Positions 62,763-64,000 of a DNA stretch of 64,000 nucleotides are shown here, in pieces. Both the position numbers and the translations under genes were made by a program. The number at the start of each line of letters is the position of its first letter. Position 1 is the stretch's first letter. Source of the stretch: an uncultured Actinomycetes bacterium (GTDB lineage Bacteria > Actinomycetota > Actinomycetes > Streptosporangiales > Streptosporangiaceae); the NCBI GenBank assembly GCA_963834515.1, contig CAWICB010000001.1:283290-347289 (forward strand), in the 5' to 3' direction. A model generated the notes under the pieces. The model made no database searches, was not told the DNA's origin, and saw only the letters and a list, made by a program, of their open reading frames with translations.

Positions 62763-64000
62763 TTACGGCTGGCCCTGGTGGCAGGCGCTGTCCGGCGGCA
62801 CGTCGAGCGCGGGGTTGCGGTCGAAGAACCCGGACGGCTTGAGCCAGAACGAAACCGTGTCCACCGGCATGATCGGCCAGTCCTCGGGCCGGGTCAGGTG
62901 ATGGATGCCGAACACGTACCACAGCACCACGTCGGTGTTCTCGATGGGCCGGTTCTGCGCCGTCCACGCGCCCAGCCCGGCGTCGGCCGTGGCGAACGTC
63001 GGGAACTCGCCGCACGGCCACCGCTCGTCCGGGTGGTACGGGGTGACCCACAGCGTGTGCCCGATGGCCCGGGCCCGTCCCAGCACCGGGGAGTCAGCGT
63101 CGAGCATGGCCGGGAAGCACCCGCCCGGCACCAGTTTGTAGCCGACCGGCGTGCCCAGCCCGTTGCGGACGGCGTCGTTGACCACTTTCCAGCTGCGCTG
63201 GGTCCGCCAGTCGTAGTCCTGCTGCCCCTCGGTCTCGGATCGCAGTGGCGTCTGCCGCAGCACCAGGCCGAGCTGGTACGGATCGTCCTCGCTGGCCCGG
63301 GACGGTGCCGAGTCCACCGCGTACACGGTGTTGTCCGGCCCGTCCACGTCCAGATCCAGCCGGGCCACGATGAAGTGCTGGTGGAACGGCGCGTAGGTGC
63401 GCTCGTCGACCAGCGTCCCGTACGGCGGCTGCTGGCCGGCCGGGAAGTTCGAGGTGACCATGATGCCGGTGGCCCGGACCTCGCACTCGATGTTGCCGTC
63501 CTGGTAGAAGCGCCAGTACACCAGGTATTCGTAGTTGGCCACGGTGACGTGGAACGACACCACGAGGCGGCGGGCCCGCCGGACCTCGGCGCCGAACTGG
63601 TGGTCCACGTGCTTCCACAGCACGCCGTTGTCTTCCTCGTGGATGCAGATGGCGTGCGGGATGGCCTGCGGCTCACCGGCCGAGTCATGCACCACGGCGT
63701 CCAGGTAGGTGATCTCGCCCAGGCAGTCGCAGCCGAGTTGCAGCGAGGTGGTCATGAAACCGAGGCCCCACTCGCCGATGTCGAACGCGGTGCGCCGGTA
63801 GTGATCCACCGTCGCGTCCCGGTACGGCACCACCATCTCGGCGAACGAGAGCCGGTGCGCCACGGGCCGCAGCCGGCCCGCGTCGCGGAACCCGACCGAG
63901 TGCAGGACCAGCCCCTCGCGGTAGTTGAAGCCGAGCCGCATCTCCCAGTTCTGCCAGGTCAGCGAGTGCCCGTCGAGACTGAACGACACGCCAGCCGGCT
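62763..64000 (-). CDS. copper-containing primary-amine oxidase (TPQ enzyme), C-terminal part; the N-terminus lies beyond the window
   Basis: VANYEYLVYWRFYQDGNIE (the TPQ-precursor NYEY motif), HQHFIVARLDLDVDG, and His ligands in ..FGIHHLTRPEDWP... The frame is open to the window edge. Confidence 0.9.
   Translation of the reverse strand, partial: PAGVSFSLDGHSLTWQNWEMRLGFNYREGLVLHSVGFRDAGRLRPVAHRLSFAEMVVPYRDATVDHYRRTAFDIGEWGLGFMTTSLQLGCDCLGEITYLDAVVHDSAGEPQAIPHAICIHEEDNGVLWKHVDHQFGAEVRRARRLVVSFHVTVANYEYLVYWRFYQDGNIECEVRATGIMVTSNFPAGQQPPYGTLVDERTYAPFHQHFIVARLDLDVDGPDNTVYAVDSAPSRASEDDPYQLGLVLRQTPLRSETEGQQDYDWRTQRSWKVVNDAVRNGLGTPVGYKLVPGGCFPAMLDADSPVLGRARAIGHTLWVTPYHPDERWPCGEFPTFATADAGLGAWTAQNRPIENTDVVLWYVFGIHHLTRPEDWPIMPVDTVSFWLKPSGFFDRNPALDVPPDSACHQGQP

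Overview
High-GC actinomycete-type chromosomal DNA (roughly 70-75% G+C by eye, with a strong third-codon-position GC bias). It is densely coding on both strands. I support about 65 protein-coding genes or gene remnants. I recognised no rRNA, tRNA, CRISPR array, transposase, integrase or phage genes.

Gene content by region:
- 1-22.6 kb: small-molecule-modifying and stress genes. These include 4 VOC/glyoxalase-fold proteins, 5 GNAT acetyltransferases, 2 SAM methyltransferases, alpha/beta hydrolases, a DinB-fold protein and a CoA-binding protein, mixed with regulators (PadR, an ECF sigma factor with a partner protein, and a NarL-type two-component pair).
- 22.8-28.2 kb: an orphan sacsin-like GHKL ATPase, followed by a Tet(M)/OtrA-type ribosomal-protection GTPase co-transcribed with an MBL-fold hydrolase.
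- 30.5-35.9 kb: a four-gene cell-envelope operon built around a CHAP + glucosaminidase peptidoglycan hydrolase, behind a 572-nt leader.
- 37.7-42.4 kb: a large LAL-type LuxR regulator, split over three reading frames, next to a tandemly duplicated secreted-protein cassette that has a conserved upstream element.
- 43-64 kb: mostly ordinary genes. These are an MFS exporter with a broken TetR, an SDR, a MerR-thioredoxin pair, HAD, LLM and amidohydrolase enzymes, Ku, a Rieske oxygenase, a serine hydrolase, gnd, an acyl-ACP thioesterase, a PQQ-like propeller and a partial copper amine oxidase.

Cross-cutting signals:
1. Many genes are frame-disrupted.
2. There are many perfect short tandem duplications, both inside and between genes.
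3. A conserved ~46-nt hairpin element occurs twice.
4. Several long structured non-coding regions are present.

I cannot name a definitively new system. The best candidates for follow-up are the cell-wall operon with its leader, the GHKL ATPase / ribosomal-protection / MBL neighbourhood, and the LAL-linked duplicated secreted-protein cassette. All functional calls come from motif and family recognition by eye. No searches were run.
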